This document shows, in pieces, positions 1 through 10,304 of a DNA stretch of 64,000 nt (positions within the stretch are counted from its first letter, which is position 1; each line of letters begins with the position of its first letter). The notes beneath the pieces were generated by a model. It did not search any database and was not told where the DNA came from. It saw only the letters and a list, made by a program, of their open reading frames with translations. Origin of the DNA: Leptolyngbyaceae cyanobacterium (GTDB taxonomy: Bacteria; Cyanobacteriota; Cyanobacteriia; Phormidesmidales; Phormidesmidaceae); assembly GCA_965263355.1 (NCBI GenBank), contig CBDHHL010000039.1, positions 1 to 64,000 of the forward strand, given 5' to 3'. The position numbers and the translations under genes were made by a program.

Positions 1-2149
1 TGGCTATTCTGCTAACATTGGAGCCATTGAGAGAGAATCTGATCTCCGTTTCGTCAAACTCCAATATCAGATTAAACAAATTGTCTCCAGCTGTAGCTAG
101 ATCAAAAGAATTTTTTACAGTAAAACTATTGATAAAGCTAACAAATTCTACTGTCCCAGTCGCAGCATTTTTGACACGAATAGCTACAAACTCATTTGAC
201 GATTTTTTTCGGACCACTACTCCAACTGTTTCGGTGTTAGAGCTATTAAAAAGACTCACGTCTACTCTTGTGACAGGAGACGTGTCTAGCGCTGGAAAAT
301 CCAACAGCCAACCAGCTGCACCAGGGCTAGCCCCGGATGCAACAATGCCATTCCCACCTGCGCTAATTACAAAGCTACCAGCATCAGCGGTCGGAGGGTT
401 GCCAGTCGCAGGAGTTAAGCTACTAATAGCCCCACCAGGTGCGCCTGAAACGGTCAAATCGTAAATAACCCCAGTCGCGGCAGGCGGTGTGTATGTGAAG
501 CTAGCCTCACTTAGCGTTTTGTAGAACAGATTAGTATCAGCGAGCCCCCTGGCTCTCGCGTTCATTGTTTGATACTCAGCATCTAAATAATGCAAACCAT
601 CAAATGGCGTGAAATCGTCTATGTCAACGAGCGCAATATCGCTATTTTCAGCGGCTATCTCGTCTATGACCGCTCTAGCTTCTGTCGCCAATCCTAGATT
701 GCTGCCAACACTGAGCCTAAAAAATATCCAATTCAGCCGAGTTGCAGTTTTGCGCTCTACGTAGGACTTGAAAAACAAAAACTGGTCTTTGTAATTATCT
801 ACGTTACTCTGTATCGTAGAATCGGCTTCTATTTGCCACCAAAAGACAGGGGAAAATACCGTATTGCTATCTGCTGACACTTTAGCCCTATTTATAGCCG
901 CTATCAGACCTCTGGTTAAATCTTTCTTGGGTACCCATTCGCCTAGCAAATCGCCGTTTCTAAATCCGGTCCCTCCTTGCACCGATTCAAGCAAGATGAC
1001 TGTAGCAGGAGTCTGAGCTTGAGTTTCGGCTAATAACCCGTTAGTAATGCTGTTTTCAGCATTGCTTTGACCTGTCATTATGTAATTTAGCGTATTGCTC
1101 GCGGTCAAACTTGGGAATTGAATTGGATTGCGGACAATCATACTCCCTAGGTTTACTAAAGACCCTTGATTCCCAGCTGCATCCGCATAGCTATTCGCAG
1201 GAACTGTAACCGTGTAGGTGTCCGCTTCTGGAGCTATCACGTCGAAATCAACCCTCACGCCGTTATTGCTAATAGTTGTAGTGTTTGCGATCGCAATCGT
1301 CGCCACATTAGCACCATCAACAGCTGACAGTGAACCGATAGTCACAGAAGCTGGATTAAATGCTGTCTCATCGTCAAAGTCAACCGTGATAGTTGCAGGC
1401 GATCCGGTTGTTGCTGTGGGGAGAACCCCAACTAACACAGCTGTTGGTGCTGTAGTGTCTGTGACTCCAGCGATATTGTTAGTTACTGCAAAATTACTAA
1501 ATGCCCCAGCTGTGGCCGTGTTAGTGCCTGTGATCGGGTTGCCCCCCGGTGTGTGAGAAACTGTGATCGTATCAGAGTTTATATAAGCAGAATCTACGGT
1601 TAAAGTAATTGCCGATCCTGCAATAGCAACATTGTTTATAGTCTTTCCGCCTGATGCTGTAAAGTCAGTCGTCGCGGGAACACTGCCGCCATCCAAAGCG
1701 CTGCTGAAGGCAAGTACAATCTGATCGGGGTTAGCATCTTCTACACTCGCTGATACTAGAGATAAGATTGGCCCGCCTGTGATTGGTGAAATATCTCTTG
1801 TGTAGTAAGTCACATCTACTGTGATGTTCCCGCCTGCTGAGGCGACTAACGTAGGATTCGTAACAAGCCCTGTTATTAAGTCCTGTAGGGCTGACTCATT
1901 CCCAGGAACATATCCAAACCTGATCGCTTCTGTCCGACCTATAGGGATTGACCCATTAATTGATACTGTGGCATCGCTAGGGGTAGCAGCTGAGACCCTA
2001 AATAATACTCCGGTTACATCGTTAGGGACTGTCCCAACTGTTCTTAGTGAAACTTCCGTGTCAGTAATATTGGCAATCTGTTCGGCCCCACCTGAGACAG
2101 GCTGAGCAGATAATTTAAGCTGAGCAATGAAACTGTTGATTACGCCCAT
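1..2149 (-). CDS. Large virion surface/fibre protein (runs off left edge): SwmB-like repeat + Ig-like domain + SGNH/SASA-type carbohydrate esterase
   Basis: Absent from ORF track because no stop lies in the window. Manual translation from ATG 2149: MGVINSFIAQLK...DQIVLAFSSALDGGSVPATTDF...VTNN (SwmB-like), DTTAPTA...YADAAGN (Ig-like), GQSN...WWQIEAD...DGLHY (SGNH blocks). Follows the stop at 2152 in the same operon. Confidence 0.75.
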   Translation of the reverse strand, partial: MGVINSFIAQLKLSAQPVSGGAEQIANITDTEVSLRTVGTVPNDVTGVLFRVSAATPSDATVSINGSIPIGRTEAIRFGYVPGNESALQDLITGLVTNPTLVASAGGNITVDVTYYTRDISPITGGPILSLVSASVEDANPDQIVLAFSSALDGGSVPATTDFTASGGKTINNVAIAGSAITLTVDSAYINSDTITVSHTPGGNPITGTNTATAGAFSNFAVTNNIAGVTDTTAPTAVLVGVLPTATTGSPATITVDFDDETAFNPASVTIGSLSAVDGANVATIAIANTTTISNNGVRVDFDVIAPEADTYTVTVPANSYADAAGNQGSLVNLGSMIVRNPIQFPSLTASNTLNYIMTGQSNAENSITNGLLAETQAQTPATVILLESVQGGTGFRNGDLLGEWVPKKDLTRGLIAAINRAKVSADSNTVFSPVFWWQIEADSTIQSNVDNYKDQFLFFKSYVERKTATRLNWIFFRLSVGSNLGLATEARAVIDEIAAENSDIALVDIDDFTPFDGLHYLDAEYQTMNARARGLADTNLFYKTLSEASFTYTPPAATGVIYDLTVSGAPGGAISSLTPATGNPPTADAGSFVISAGGNGIVASGASPGAAGWLLDFPALDTSPVTRVDVSLFNSSNTETVGVVVRKKSSNEFVAIRVKNAATGTVEFVSFINSFTVKNSFDLATAGDNLFNLILEFDETEIRFSLNGSNVSRIA

Positions 2150-2151
2150 TG

Positions 2152-2751
2152 TTATCTAAGAGTAAGGATTAATCTACAATCAACTGTTGCGGTTATATCC
2201 GCTGTGTTATCCGCTCTACGCAACCTAACGGCGTAAGCCCCCTCTAATGCCCCTGAATCTGAACCCGTATGCCCGACCGTATCCCCCTGAGCTGGTGCTG
2301 ATGAATCAGATTCAATTAATTCAAACTCATCGGCTGCCGCTGTCTCAAAGAAAGAAACCTCTGGATAAAACGTGAGCACTCCATTAAGAGCAGAACTATA
2401 GTTAGTAACTTTGATTGCCGCTAGAACAGAAATAAGTTTTCTGCCCGTTGGGATTGCTGCCGGGGTTGATATTTCATTTTGAGCGCTTAACGTAAAGGTT
2501 GTTCTTAGTTGCTCAGTTGGTCGCTCACCAGAAAGGCCTTGTATACTATTAAGAACTGCATCAGTCGCCCCTGCACCGATAGGCACTGTGACCGCTCTAT
2601 CGATGTCGGCATATAGAATTTGATCGGTTTGATTGTACCAACCACGGTTAACAGTGCCGTCATTCAACTCGTATTGAACAGCATCGATTTCAGGGCTACT
2701 TGTACTCCCTGCTGCTGAAGTGTTTGGCAAAAAAGCGCCGACAGCTGGCAT
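2152..2751 (-). CDS. Putative virion structural protein
   Basis: 199-aa ORF translationally coupled in the post-capsid operon; Ala/Thr/Gly-rich. Confidence 0.6.
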   Translation of the reverse strand: MPAVGAFLPNTSAAGSTSSPEIDAVQYELNDGTVNRGWYNQTDQILYADIDRAVTVPIGAGATDAVLNSIQGLSGERPTEQLRTTFTLSAQNEISTPAAIPTGRKLISVLAAIKVTNYSSALNGVLTFYPEVSFFETAAADEFELIESDSSAPAQGDTVGHTGSDSGALEGAYAVRLRRADNTADITATVDCRLILTLR

Positions 2752-2948
2752 TATTCCTCTTCCTCCTCTACTGATTCAAGATAGGCCCCGGCGTAGTACA
2801 AATCGCTATCATCTTTATTAAAAACAACAAGCTGATTAGTCGCATTAAAAAACAGCTCAATCATGCTTTTATCAGCCAGCTCAATAGTCACTGATTGGCC
2901 AGCAGCCAACTTTCCAATAGGGATAGCCTTTAATACTTCGTTGCTCAT
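2751..2948 (-). CDS. Small hypothetical virion protein
   Basis: 65 aa; overlapping start/stop with both neighbours. Confidence 0.55.
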   Translation of the reverse strand: MSNEVLKAIPIGKLAAGQSVTIELADKSMIELFFNATNQLVVFNKDDSDLYYAGAYLESVEEEEE

Positions 2949-3598
2949 ACCATCACCTCATAAATGAACAAAGACATGTGCCACCAGGTCAACCCCTTGG
3001 TGCTATTCGATCCTCCATCAGCGTTATAAGCTCCCAGGCACAACTTTTTAGGGCTTGTTTCTCCTGACAAGTCCAGATAGAAGTCCCCAGCCAATAGTCG
3101 CAACGTACCCGTGTTGTCATTCTCCCCAGTGCCGTCCGCTTGATAATTCAATAGACCGGCTGCATGTGGTGGTGCGTCTGAAGCAATTACTTGAGCCTCA
3201 AACAGATCGGAGTCCATTAGCCCGATATCGATATACTCGCCGTTGCTCCAGTTCTGAAAGCCAAAGTGATAGTTGCCCTTATAGAAAAAGCCATGTTGCA
3301 ACTCAAAATCTTTGCCGACGGTATTGGACCCCTCAGGGATTTCAACCCCGCTAGAGTCCAGCAACTTAATTTTTGACCCTTTAATTCTGGCTTGCGAAAC
3401 CCTCGCGGCCCCGCCCGTACCAAATGTAAACGTTGTTCGGACTAATGGAACTTTTGCATCCTCTGGGTCGTTGCTGTTTGGCCTAAACGTGATATTCGTC
3501 GGCTGCCCAGCCCCAGGAACACCATTAGCAGGCATCGCAAGCCAAGCCATGCTATCAGGGAATCTGGATGAAACGAATTTTCCACCAATAGGGGCCAT
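2945..3598 (-). CDS. Putative virion structural protein (beta-rich)
   Basis: 217 aa; coupled to both neighbours. Confidence 0.6.
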   Translation of the reverse strand: MAPIGGKFVSSRFPDSMAWLAMPANGVPGAGQPTNITFRPNSNDPEDAKVPLVRTTFTFGTGGAARVSQARIKGSKIKLLDSSGVEIPEGSNTVGKDFELQHGFFYKGNYHFGFQNWSNGEYIDIGLMDSDLFEAQVIASDAPPHAAGLLNYQADGTGENDNTGTLRLLAGDFYLDLSGETSPKKLCLGAYNADGGSNSTKGLTWWHMSLFIYEVMV

Positions 3599-5163
3599 TA
3601 CTGCACAACCTCTCTTGCAACAATTTCACCAGTTGCCGCTGCTTCTGCGATTACTCGAATCTCCCCGTTAAAATCATCCGGTTCAAATCGACCAGCCGGA
3701 ATTGTATAGACATAATTCCCTCCGGTCGTCTGGGCAGCAGTAGAGCCGTACTGAATATAAATAGTCTGATTCGTGCTATTTCGGATGACTACGTTTACTC
3801 TACTTGGATTCGCGGGCACTAACTGTTGATCAACATCGAGATTAGTGTTAAGTACGACCGGAGCCGATGCACTTTGTTGAACAGCTGTGTTAGCCCCCGT
3901 AACCCCACCCGTCAAGAACCAAGATAAATCAGGCTTATTCCTAGCAATCCTAGGGCCAGGGAATGCGCCTTGATATTGACGGATCGTCATTCGAGATCGG
4001 CTAAATGCTGTAGCTGCACCCGCAATATCTTGGTTGCCGAATACTCGTAAGGCCTCCAATGCACTGCGGCTAATCGTTATCGTGGTCCCGTTGCTTGCCC
4101 ATTGCCCTAACTCTGATGCGATCGTGGGGTTCGGCGTAGTGCCATCGGTCGTGTAAATTAACAGCCATTCATTTTCTGTTGCGACTGCCGCCGTCTCACT
4201 TTCAGTGTTAATTTGAGCAAGCCTATCTTGAGCAATTTCAAACGTGATAGTCGCAAACGTCGTTACAGGGGCCACAGTAAATCCAGTTGCGCCTGTGACG
4301 AGCCCGCCTGCAATTGGCCTGTTTGCTGTGGCTGCTGCATCGCCAGTTGCTGGGATTTCGAGAACAGATTCAGAAACTAATAGTATCGGGTCGTTAGTGC
4401 TCGAAGCTCCAACTACTGCCGTAACGATCGCATTCCCATTAGCGGTCCCAATCGTAACTCCGTTCTCATCGGCAAACGCGTCATTCGCCGTTGGATAAAC
4501 AAGATCATCTCGACCAATGACCGCAAAGCCACTGTTCCCCGTGCTAGTAGTGCCACCAGCACCATCACTAATATCGTAAGTGACAGATTCAAGCGAGCCT
4601 AAACCGCCAGTGGAAGAGCTTGCTGTCAGCTGGGCTTCTGTCGGCCCAGTACCAATCGTTACAGTTGCCCCTGATGGGATATTGGCCAGGGTCGTTCCAT
4701 CGGCTGATAGGATGCCAAACAGAATAGGCCCAGTGCCATTAATTTGGTAAGGCGTTGCGGTTGGGATGGGGGCTAAAAGATTCCGATCCTCAGTTGCTAA
4801 GGTGAACCTAGGTGTGTTTGCATCAACAATGCCGGTATTCGTCGCGACAGTCGCAGGAAAATTTGTAACCTGAGTTGTCCCAGCTACACCGCCAACAGGT
4901 TCAACGTTTGTTGGGGCAGTCGCTAAAACTGTATTAGACGTTGTGTTAAACCATTCTGGTGGGTCTGTTCCAATTTGCCTAAGGACTAAAACGTCACCAG
5001 CGTTATAGCCAACTCCACCACCTGCGGCACCCTGAACAGTGGCGTAAATATTTGTAGATACACCACTGGTCCCAACAACTAAAAGATTGCCGCCTGCATC
5101 AACATTGACAGGGATTGCCCGATTAGTGACACGTTCCCAGCCATGAATGGTATTTTTTACCAC
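3598..5163 (-). CDS. Putative head decoration/fibre protein
   Basis: 521 aa, Thr/Gly/Ala/Asn-rich, directly downstream of the capsid genes. Confidence 0.55.
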   Translation of the reverse strand: MVKNTIHGWERVTNRAIPVNVDAGGNLLVVGTSGVSTNIYATVQGAAGGGVGYNAGDVLVLRQIGTDPPEWFNTTSNTVLATAPTNVEPVGGVAGTTQVTNFPATVATNTGIVDANTPRFTLATEDRNLLAPIPTATPYQINGTGPILFGILSADGTTLANIPSGATVTIGTGPTEAQLTASSSTGGLGSLESVTYDISDGAGGTTSTGNSGFAVIGRDDLVYPTANDAFADENGVTIGTANGNAIVTAVVGASSTNDPILLVSESVLEIPATGDAAATANRPIAGGLVTGATGFTVAPVTTFATITFEIAQDRLAQINTESETAAVATENEWLLIYTTDGTTPNPTIASELGQWASNGTTITISRSALEALRVFGNQDIAGAATAFSRSRMTIRQYQGAFPGPRIARNKPDLSWFLTGGVTGANTAVQQSASAPVVLNTNLDVDQQLVPANPSRVNVVIRNSTNQTIYIQYGSTAAQTTGGNYVYTIPAGRFEPDDFNGEIRVIAEAAATGEIVAREVVQ

Positions 5164-5447
5164 TAATCAAACTCCTGAGCCAGGATAAAAGGAATCACTT
5201 CATCCCAGCCGTTATCTGGTTTTTCAGTAATTGGAGGATCTAACGCTGCAGCTAACGCCTTGAGCGTTTGCCAAGATTCAGTTCTTAGCTCCTCTTCACG
5301 GCTAGCCCTGTCTGGCATATTCTTTTTGATAACTGGATTATCAGCATCTAAAAGAATATGCTTATCTGGGTCAAAGTCTCGTTTATTAATCCGTAGAAAC
5401 CCCTCGCCATTTTTGATTTCAACGGTTTCTAAGATTTGAAAAGACAT
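5163..5447 (-). CDS. Small post-capsid protein with HeH/Rho-N-like C-terminus
   Basis: INKRDFDPDKH motif plus SWQTLKALAAAL helix; position immediately after the major capsid gene. Confidence 0.55.
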   Translation of the reverse strand: MSFQILETVEIKNGEGFLRINKRDFDPDKHILLDADNPVIKKNMPDRASREEELRTESWQTLKALAAALDPPITEKPDNGWDEVIPFILAQEFD

Positions 5448-5450
5448 TTA

Positions 5451-6623
5451 TTAACCCAAAATACGACAGGCAAGCTGTGGACGAGCGCAAACAACGCCCC
5501 ACATAACAGAGACTTCACAACGAGTCTGGTGATATTCGTCGTAGAATTCAACGGTCATCGCAACACCAGTCTGAGGATCAGTAATCGTAGAACGAACTCG
5601 ATTAGACCGATACCCTGGCAGGACAGACAAATCAGCTTGCGCTTCAATCCGAGTCGCGATATGAAACGCACTACGGTGAAACGCTAAATTTGCCCGATGG
5701 TTTGCCGATGCTGCAGAAATAGTAATCGCATCAGCTGGGTTCACGTCAGCAACCAATCCAGGGCTAATAACAACCGTCGCATCAGTCGCGTTAGCCGTAT
5801 AACTAACCACTGAATATTGCTGAGTCGAACCAGCGATCGTGAATAAATCACCAGGGGCCATAGGCGTCGGTAACGCGCCAGCACCATTATCAACGGTAAT
5901 CGTGCGACTATTTACGCCTGCGGTTGCAGCTGCTGCAATAGCATAAGCACCGGCTGCCGTGGAAGTATGTTGAGCGACTTGCTGATCCATTCCCCAGTCA
6001 TAACCAACAGCCCTAGGGATCATCGCATCACGCAATGCTTGGCTGGTCCCAGACTCATTTACCCGTTGGAAAATACCCAACTGAGTAGCCTGGTTGTAGC
6101 TAAATGGGTCTAGCGTCAATCGACGCATCGACATGGGAGCTTTAGCAATATCAAGTAACGCGTTCGCATCACCTAAGACCTGAGTGTCAGCTACAAATGG
6201 AGTCGTACCAGGCGTCCCAACTGCGTTGTATACGTGGGTGTAAAGTCCGGTTAAAGACGCATTGACGCTATAGCAAACCGAACGAATCGCTTCGTCAAAC
6301 GTTTCAGACTCACCGGCAGAAATAGCCAGTAATTCTTGGTTCGTCAAAATGAAACTAGACTCTTCATGCTGGTCTAGTGTCAGTCGATCAACTTTAGGAT
6401 CAATCTCATTCTCGCCAGTTGCCGGGGGTGTAACACCGGGTACAACTTGACGGGTCGTAAATTCATTAATTTGATTGATATCCACAGTAGAACCCCGTCG
6501 AACGGGCACCTGAATATCATCTTTATTTACAGTAACTAAACGGGTCATTGCCATGCTCTCGCGTAGCACTTCTAAGACCCGGATCTCCGCTTCGGGAGTT
6601 AAACCAGCGACAGTATTAGGCAT
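5451..6623 (-). CDS. Major capsid protein, P22 gp5-like
   Basis: 390 aa; RGSTVDI, ANLAFHRSAF, VSVMWGVVCARPQLACRILG resemble P22-coat-family sequences; follows scaffold gene. Confidence 0.85.
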   Translation of the reverse strand: MPNTVAGLTPEAEIRVLEVLRESMAMTRLVTVNKDDIQVPVRRGSTVDINQINEFTTRQVVPGVTPPATGENEIDPKVDRLTLDQHEESSFILTNQELLAISAGESETFDEAIRSVCYSVNASLTGLYTHVYNAVGTPGTTPFVADTQVLGDANALLDIAKAPMSMRRLTLDPFSYNQATQLGIFQRVNESGTSQALRDAMIPRAVGYDWGMDQQVAQHTSTAAGAYAIAAAATAGVNSRTITVDNGAGALPTPMAPGDLFTIAGSTQQYSVVSYTANATDATVVISPGLVADVNPADAITISAASANHRANLAFHRSAFHIATRIEAQADLSVLPGYRSNRVRSTITDPQTGVAMTVEFYDEYHQTRCEVSVMWGVVCARPQLACRILG

Positions 6624-6799
6624 TGTTTCCTTGGAACCTTAAATTGATTAGGGTCGTTTGCCACAACAAAACCCCATAGCTTGCAAACTCTCGCTGTCTG
6701 GCAGGCATGGGGTTAAGTCTGGCTTAAGATCCCAAAGAGTTATTTTTTTAGATAGAGACTGGCTCTAATGCCCCACACATAGATGGGGTATATTCCCCG

Positions 6800-6828
6800 A
6801 AAATAACGCTAAAGTTCATTTTTGTCAA
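6800..6828 (-). promoter_or_regulatory. sigma70-type promoter upstream of capsid gene
   Basis: Minus strand TTGACA-17 nt-TATTTT. Confidence 0.55.
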
Positions 6829-6837
6829 TAGAATCCA

Positions 6838-7653
6838 TTATTGGATTACTCTGATTTCCCCTCGCTTTAATTTTTGTTTGACGGTTGCCAACTCGTCCGG
6901 CGGCAAACTTGCCAAGTCAGATTGTTTAATAGTAGCCGCTGTGCCTGTCGCTGGGTTAACTAACCCTCCACCCGTCGAGCTGCTGATAGGTCTCATCGCA
7001 TTAGCAAGGGTGAATCCATAATCGCCTTGAACAATTCCCGCGAACAGATCAGTTAATGTCGCTTCTTTTGTTTCATTGTTCACGGTGACGAATGCTTGAT
7101 CACCGTTGGGCTTTAAGATTTTAGCAATCTTATCTGTGCCCTCTTCAAACTCAACGTATTTACTAATTTGCTCCCAATACAAACCCCATTCTTGAGAAGC
7201 CCCTTCCTTAGCATTGGCCGCAAACAATGGGCGCACTTGGTCAGAACGCTTTCTATTTAGTAAGCTTTGCTCGGCTTGCGCTGCTCGTTTTTCAGCTGCA
7301 GTTAATGCCTGATGATGCTCGGTATCTTTAAGTTTTATCCGTGCTTCGTAGCGTTCGGTCAACTCTTTTTCCAGCGCTTCCTCTTTGGCCGATCTTGCTG
7401 TGATTTCTTTTAACTTCGATGGCAGTGTTGCAAGCTCAAATCCATCTTCTTGGAGGGCTGCGCTTAATGCCGTCAATTGTTGAGACGCTTCAACGGCTTT
7501 TTCTATTTCCTTTAAGTTTCCAAATTTTTGATACTTTTGAAGCGTTGATAATACTCCGTCTAAATTATTAACTTCTTTCTCGACGGGTAATGGTTCCCCA
7601 TTAACTTCCACTACTGGGGTATCTTGATTTTCAGTTTGTTGAACTTCAGACAT
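6838..7653 (-). CDS. Capsid scaffolding protein
   Basis: Acidic N-terminus, coiled coil, SSTGGG motif; lies between MuF-like and capsid genes. Confidence 0.75.
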   Translation of the reverse strand: MSEVQQTENQDTPVVEVNGEPLPVEKEVNNLDGVLSTLQKYQKFGNLKEIEKAVEASQQLTALSAALQEDGFELATLPSKLKEITARSAKEEALEKELTERYEARIKLKDTEHHQALTAAEKRAAQAEQSLLNRKRSDQVRPLFAANAKEGASQEWGLYWEQISKYVEFEEGTDKIAKILKPNGDQAFVTVNNETKEATLTDLFAGIVQGDYGFTLANAMRPISSSTGGGLVNPATGTAATIKQSDLASLPPDELATVKQKLKRGEIRVIQ

Positions 7654-7696
7654 TTCTGACTATTCCTAAAGAGTGTAATGTTGTGGCACCCTAATA

Positions 7697-8518
7697 TTAG
7701 CCTAATCGCCCAAAAACCGTACTATCAAACGCTGCAGCTCGATTAATCTTTTCTTCTAGAGTTTCATTCAATATCCGTTCTGGGTTGAATCTGTACTGAG
7801 TAGTACAACGGCATCGACCATTACACCTACACGCAACCCCCACAGGCACTATGTTTGCAATGTCTGTCCAATCGGTTTCATAAGCAGGGCAGTCAACACA
7901 ATGATTAGCTGCCGGGTCCATCCATCGGCGTCCTTCATTAAACCCGGTCACCATCAGCCCTAGTTTTCGAGCCTGGTTGTATGAACCAACAACAGACGAA
8001 GATTTATAATCCCCATACCAACGAACCCGATCAGGCGTATAGATACCATTCCCAATCCTGGCAGTAACGCGAGATAAGCCATCTATTTGTCTGCGCAATG
8101 CCCGATCTATCCCTAACCAAAATAATCGACTTTGCTGTCTGGATAAACTCCTAATAATCGCAAGCCCTCCAATCGCTAAAGCAGCTGCCACAATAGAATA
8201 ATTTTTAGTTTCTTCAGTAATAATCAATTGCCATTGAGCTAACGAGATATCACCACTCAGCAGTTGCTCAGTTGCTCTTAATGACCGTCTACTTAATGAT
8301 CGGCGCAACTGGTCTAACAGTTTCCGTATCTCAATGCTAGACACATCAGAAAACCGCTGCGTCTCTTGGTCAAACTGCCCTCCATTGATTAAATTACGAA
8401 TTTTGCTAGGAGCTCTATTTGTCGCCCTAGCTAGAATCGCTAACGTAATTAATAATGCTGTTTCAATATCTTCACTTGATGCGGGTTCAGCTATCTCAGG
8501 CTGAAATGATTCTATCAT
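7697..8518 (-). CDS. Minor head morphogenesis protein (MuF/SPP1 gp7-like)
   Basis: C-terminal HCVDC...CRCNGRCRC Cys cluster; head-module position. Confidence 0.7.
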   Translation of the reverse strand: MIESFQPEIAEPASSEDIETALLITLAILARATNRAPSKIRNLINGGQFDQETQRFSDVSSIEIRKLLDQLRRSLSRRSLRATEQLLSGDISLAQWQLIITEETKNYSIVAAALAIGGLAIIRSLSRQQSRLFWLGIDRALRRQIDGLSRVTARIGNGIYTPDRVRWYGDYKSSSVVGSYNQARKLGLMVTGFNEGRRWMDPAANHCVDCPAYETDWTDIANIVPVGVACRCNGRCRCTTQYRFNPERILNETLEEKINRAAAFDSTVFGRLG

Positions 8519-8955
8519 CGCAGATGCGAACGCCCATAGTGGCGATAGGCATACATCGGTCTAACGCCTAGCAGCCGTGATTTGCGTTTATTGAACATAT
8601 AATCATCAAGCTTTAATTTATCCCTGATGCCCTGAATCAAACCCTTAAGCTGTAACGCGGTGCCAAGGATTTGATTGGAGGCTTTATCAGAATACTCTCT
8701 TGTATAGTGATCAACTACGGTTTCAGTCGTTAGCCCGCTCGCTGTCTGTGCTGCCTCAACTTGCGGTTTCAGCTCAGTGATTTTAACGAGCGTTGTCTGT
8801 ATGCCTGCAACCAACCCATACTCAGGATATTCAGTGTCTTTATTTTCAAAATGCATGATAGCCTGCATAAACCCAGAGCCAGGATCTAAATCATCAGTAT
8901 CTCGGCTGAAAATATCCCACAATTGTGATTTCTGCGTAGTTGTAAACGGCATCAC
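8515..8955 (-). CDS. Hypothetical head protein
   Basis: 146 aa; coupled between portal and MuF-like genes. Confidence 0.55.
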   Translation of the reverse strand: MMPFTTTQKSQLWDIFSRDTDDLDPGSGFMQAIMHFENKDTEYPEYGLVAGIQTTLVKITELKPQVEAAQTASGLTTETVVDHYTREYSDKASNQILGTALQLKGLIQGIRDKLKLDDYMFNKRKSRLLGVRPMYAYRHYGRSHLR

Positions 8956-10304
8956 TCGATCACCAAGTTTTGATTATTGCTAAACGGCGTATTCACTAAT
9001 AATGACTCGTCAATCTCATAGCCCCGTGATTCCCATTGTTGCTTAGATATCTGTTGGGCCATCTCTAATTGCATGAACCCAGCGTTGAACGTATCTGATA
9101 GCAGCTTGATTTCTTCGTCCGTCACTTTATTGTAAGCAGTAGCCGACAAGATGATCTCGCCTGGGTTGTCAGCTGGGTCATAGGTGCGATCGCTCAACAA
9201 CATCACAAATCGAAATGCATCCTTAAACCCTTGCTGGATAACTTTAATATATAGCTCTAATCGTGATGTTTCTGCTTCGTCTGCCTTGCTAGCCTGATAA
9301 TCAGTCCTAACCCGCTCTTGCAGGTGCGCATTAACAAAATTGTCCATCAATGCTTGCCTGTCGAGATTGCGAACATGGAACCGCGATAAATCACTACTGA
9401 TAGTTGCCGCTGGTCTGATATCGCCACCAAAAGGTACCTCCTCAACAGATTCAGGATCCCAAATGATGTCATCGTATTTATCATTCGGATCGGCAGTCTC
9501 AGGCAATAGCCGCAATACTGGGGGCAACGCTTGTATATCTTCAGCCCTATCTAAGTTAGAAACCTTATGCATTTGTTGGATGCATAACTTAGCCAGTTGT
9601 AGCAATGGTGGGGATGTCGGCATCCAAGGCTTACTCCCAATAGTCCCAATCCAAAGAGCGTAAACTTCGCCTCTAGGCTCTTGAGCTGCATTGGTCAATG
9701 GAATAGGATCAACAGCCAATTTAAACTCGCCTTCGAAATCATGCCAAACTTTAAGCTCATCAGGCAAATACTCTTTATAGCGCTTTTCCTCTTTAACCCC
9801 ATAACCATCAGCCACATACTTTTTTTCAGTGATGACCAAACGAGTTAATTTGTCATCCTCCATAGCAATATTCTGGATTGAATCAACCGGAATCAACTGC
9901 AAAAAAGCAGGGGAACTTTCATCCGTTGTATCAACCAGAATCACACAGCAGCCTTTCTTCAAAATCTCAACAAATACTTCAAATACAAACAGGTCTAACG
10001 TTTTGCCTCTCCCGTTCGTATTTAGTTCCAAAGCTTCTATAGGAGGCAATGACTCTTCACTTACTTTTGCCTTCCCTAATCTGCCAGCTCCCGATTCTAT
10101 CGTGTCCTTAAACGTGCTTGGCAAAACCGTAGTTTGCAATCTCAGCTGATAGCTCTCAGGCGATTCATTATTACGAGCTGGTAAATATTGCCTAAGCTTT
10201 TCTTGCTCAGCTAGCAACGACCAAACATCATCTATCAGCTCATATTCAGCTGAGTATTTGTTGAAATGTTCTTGCTTAAATGATGCCTTATCAGTGCTCG
10301 GCAT
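8952..10304 (-). CDS. Portal protein (DUF4055-like)
   Basis: YLP...ESPESYQLRL, GCCVILVD, PPLLQLAKL motifs; follows terL. Confidence 0.8.
   Translation of the reverse strand: MPSTDKASFKQEHFNKYSAEYELIDDVWSLLAEQEKLRQYLPARNNESPESYQLRLQTTVLPSTFKDTIESGAGRLGKAKVSEESLPPIEALELNTNGRGKTLDLFVFEVFVEILKKGCCVILVDTTDESSPAFLQLIPVDSIQNIAMEDDKLTRLVITEKKYVADGYGVKEEKRYKEYLPDELKVWHDFEGEFKLAVDPIPLTNAAQEPRGEVYALWIGTIGSKPWMPTSPPLLQLAKLCIQQMHKVSNLDRAEDIQALPPVLRLLPETADPNDKYDDIIWDPESVEEVPFGGDIRPAATISSDLSRFHVRNLDRQALMDNFVNAHLQERVRTDYQASKADEAETSRLELYIKVIQQGFKDAFRFVMLLSDRTYDPADNPGEIILSATAYNKVTDEEIKLLSDTFNAGFMQLEMAQQISKQQWESRGYEIDESLLVNTPFSNNQNLVIE

Noticed and set aside
18..2105. Plus-strand ORFs 18-464, 1218-1556 and 1821-2105
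   Set aside because: Antisense shadows of the long minus-strand gene 1-2149.
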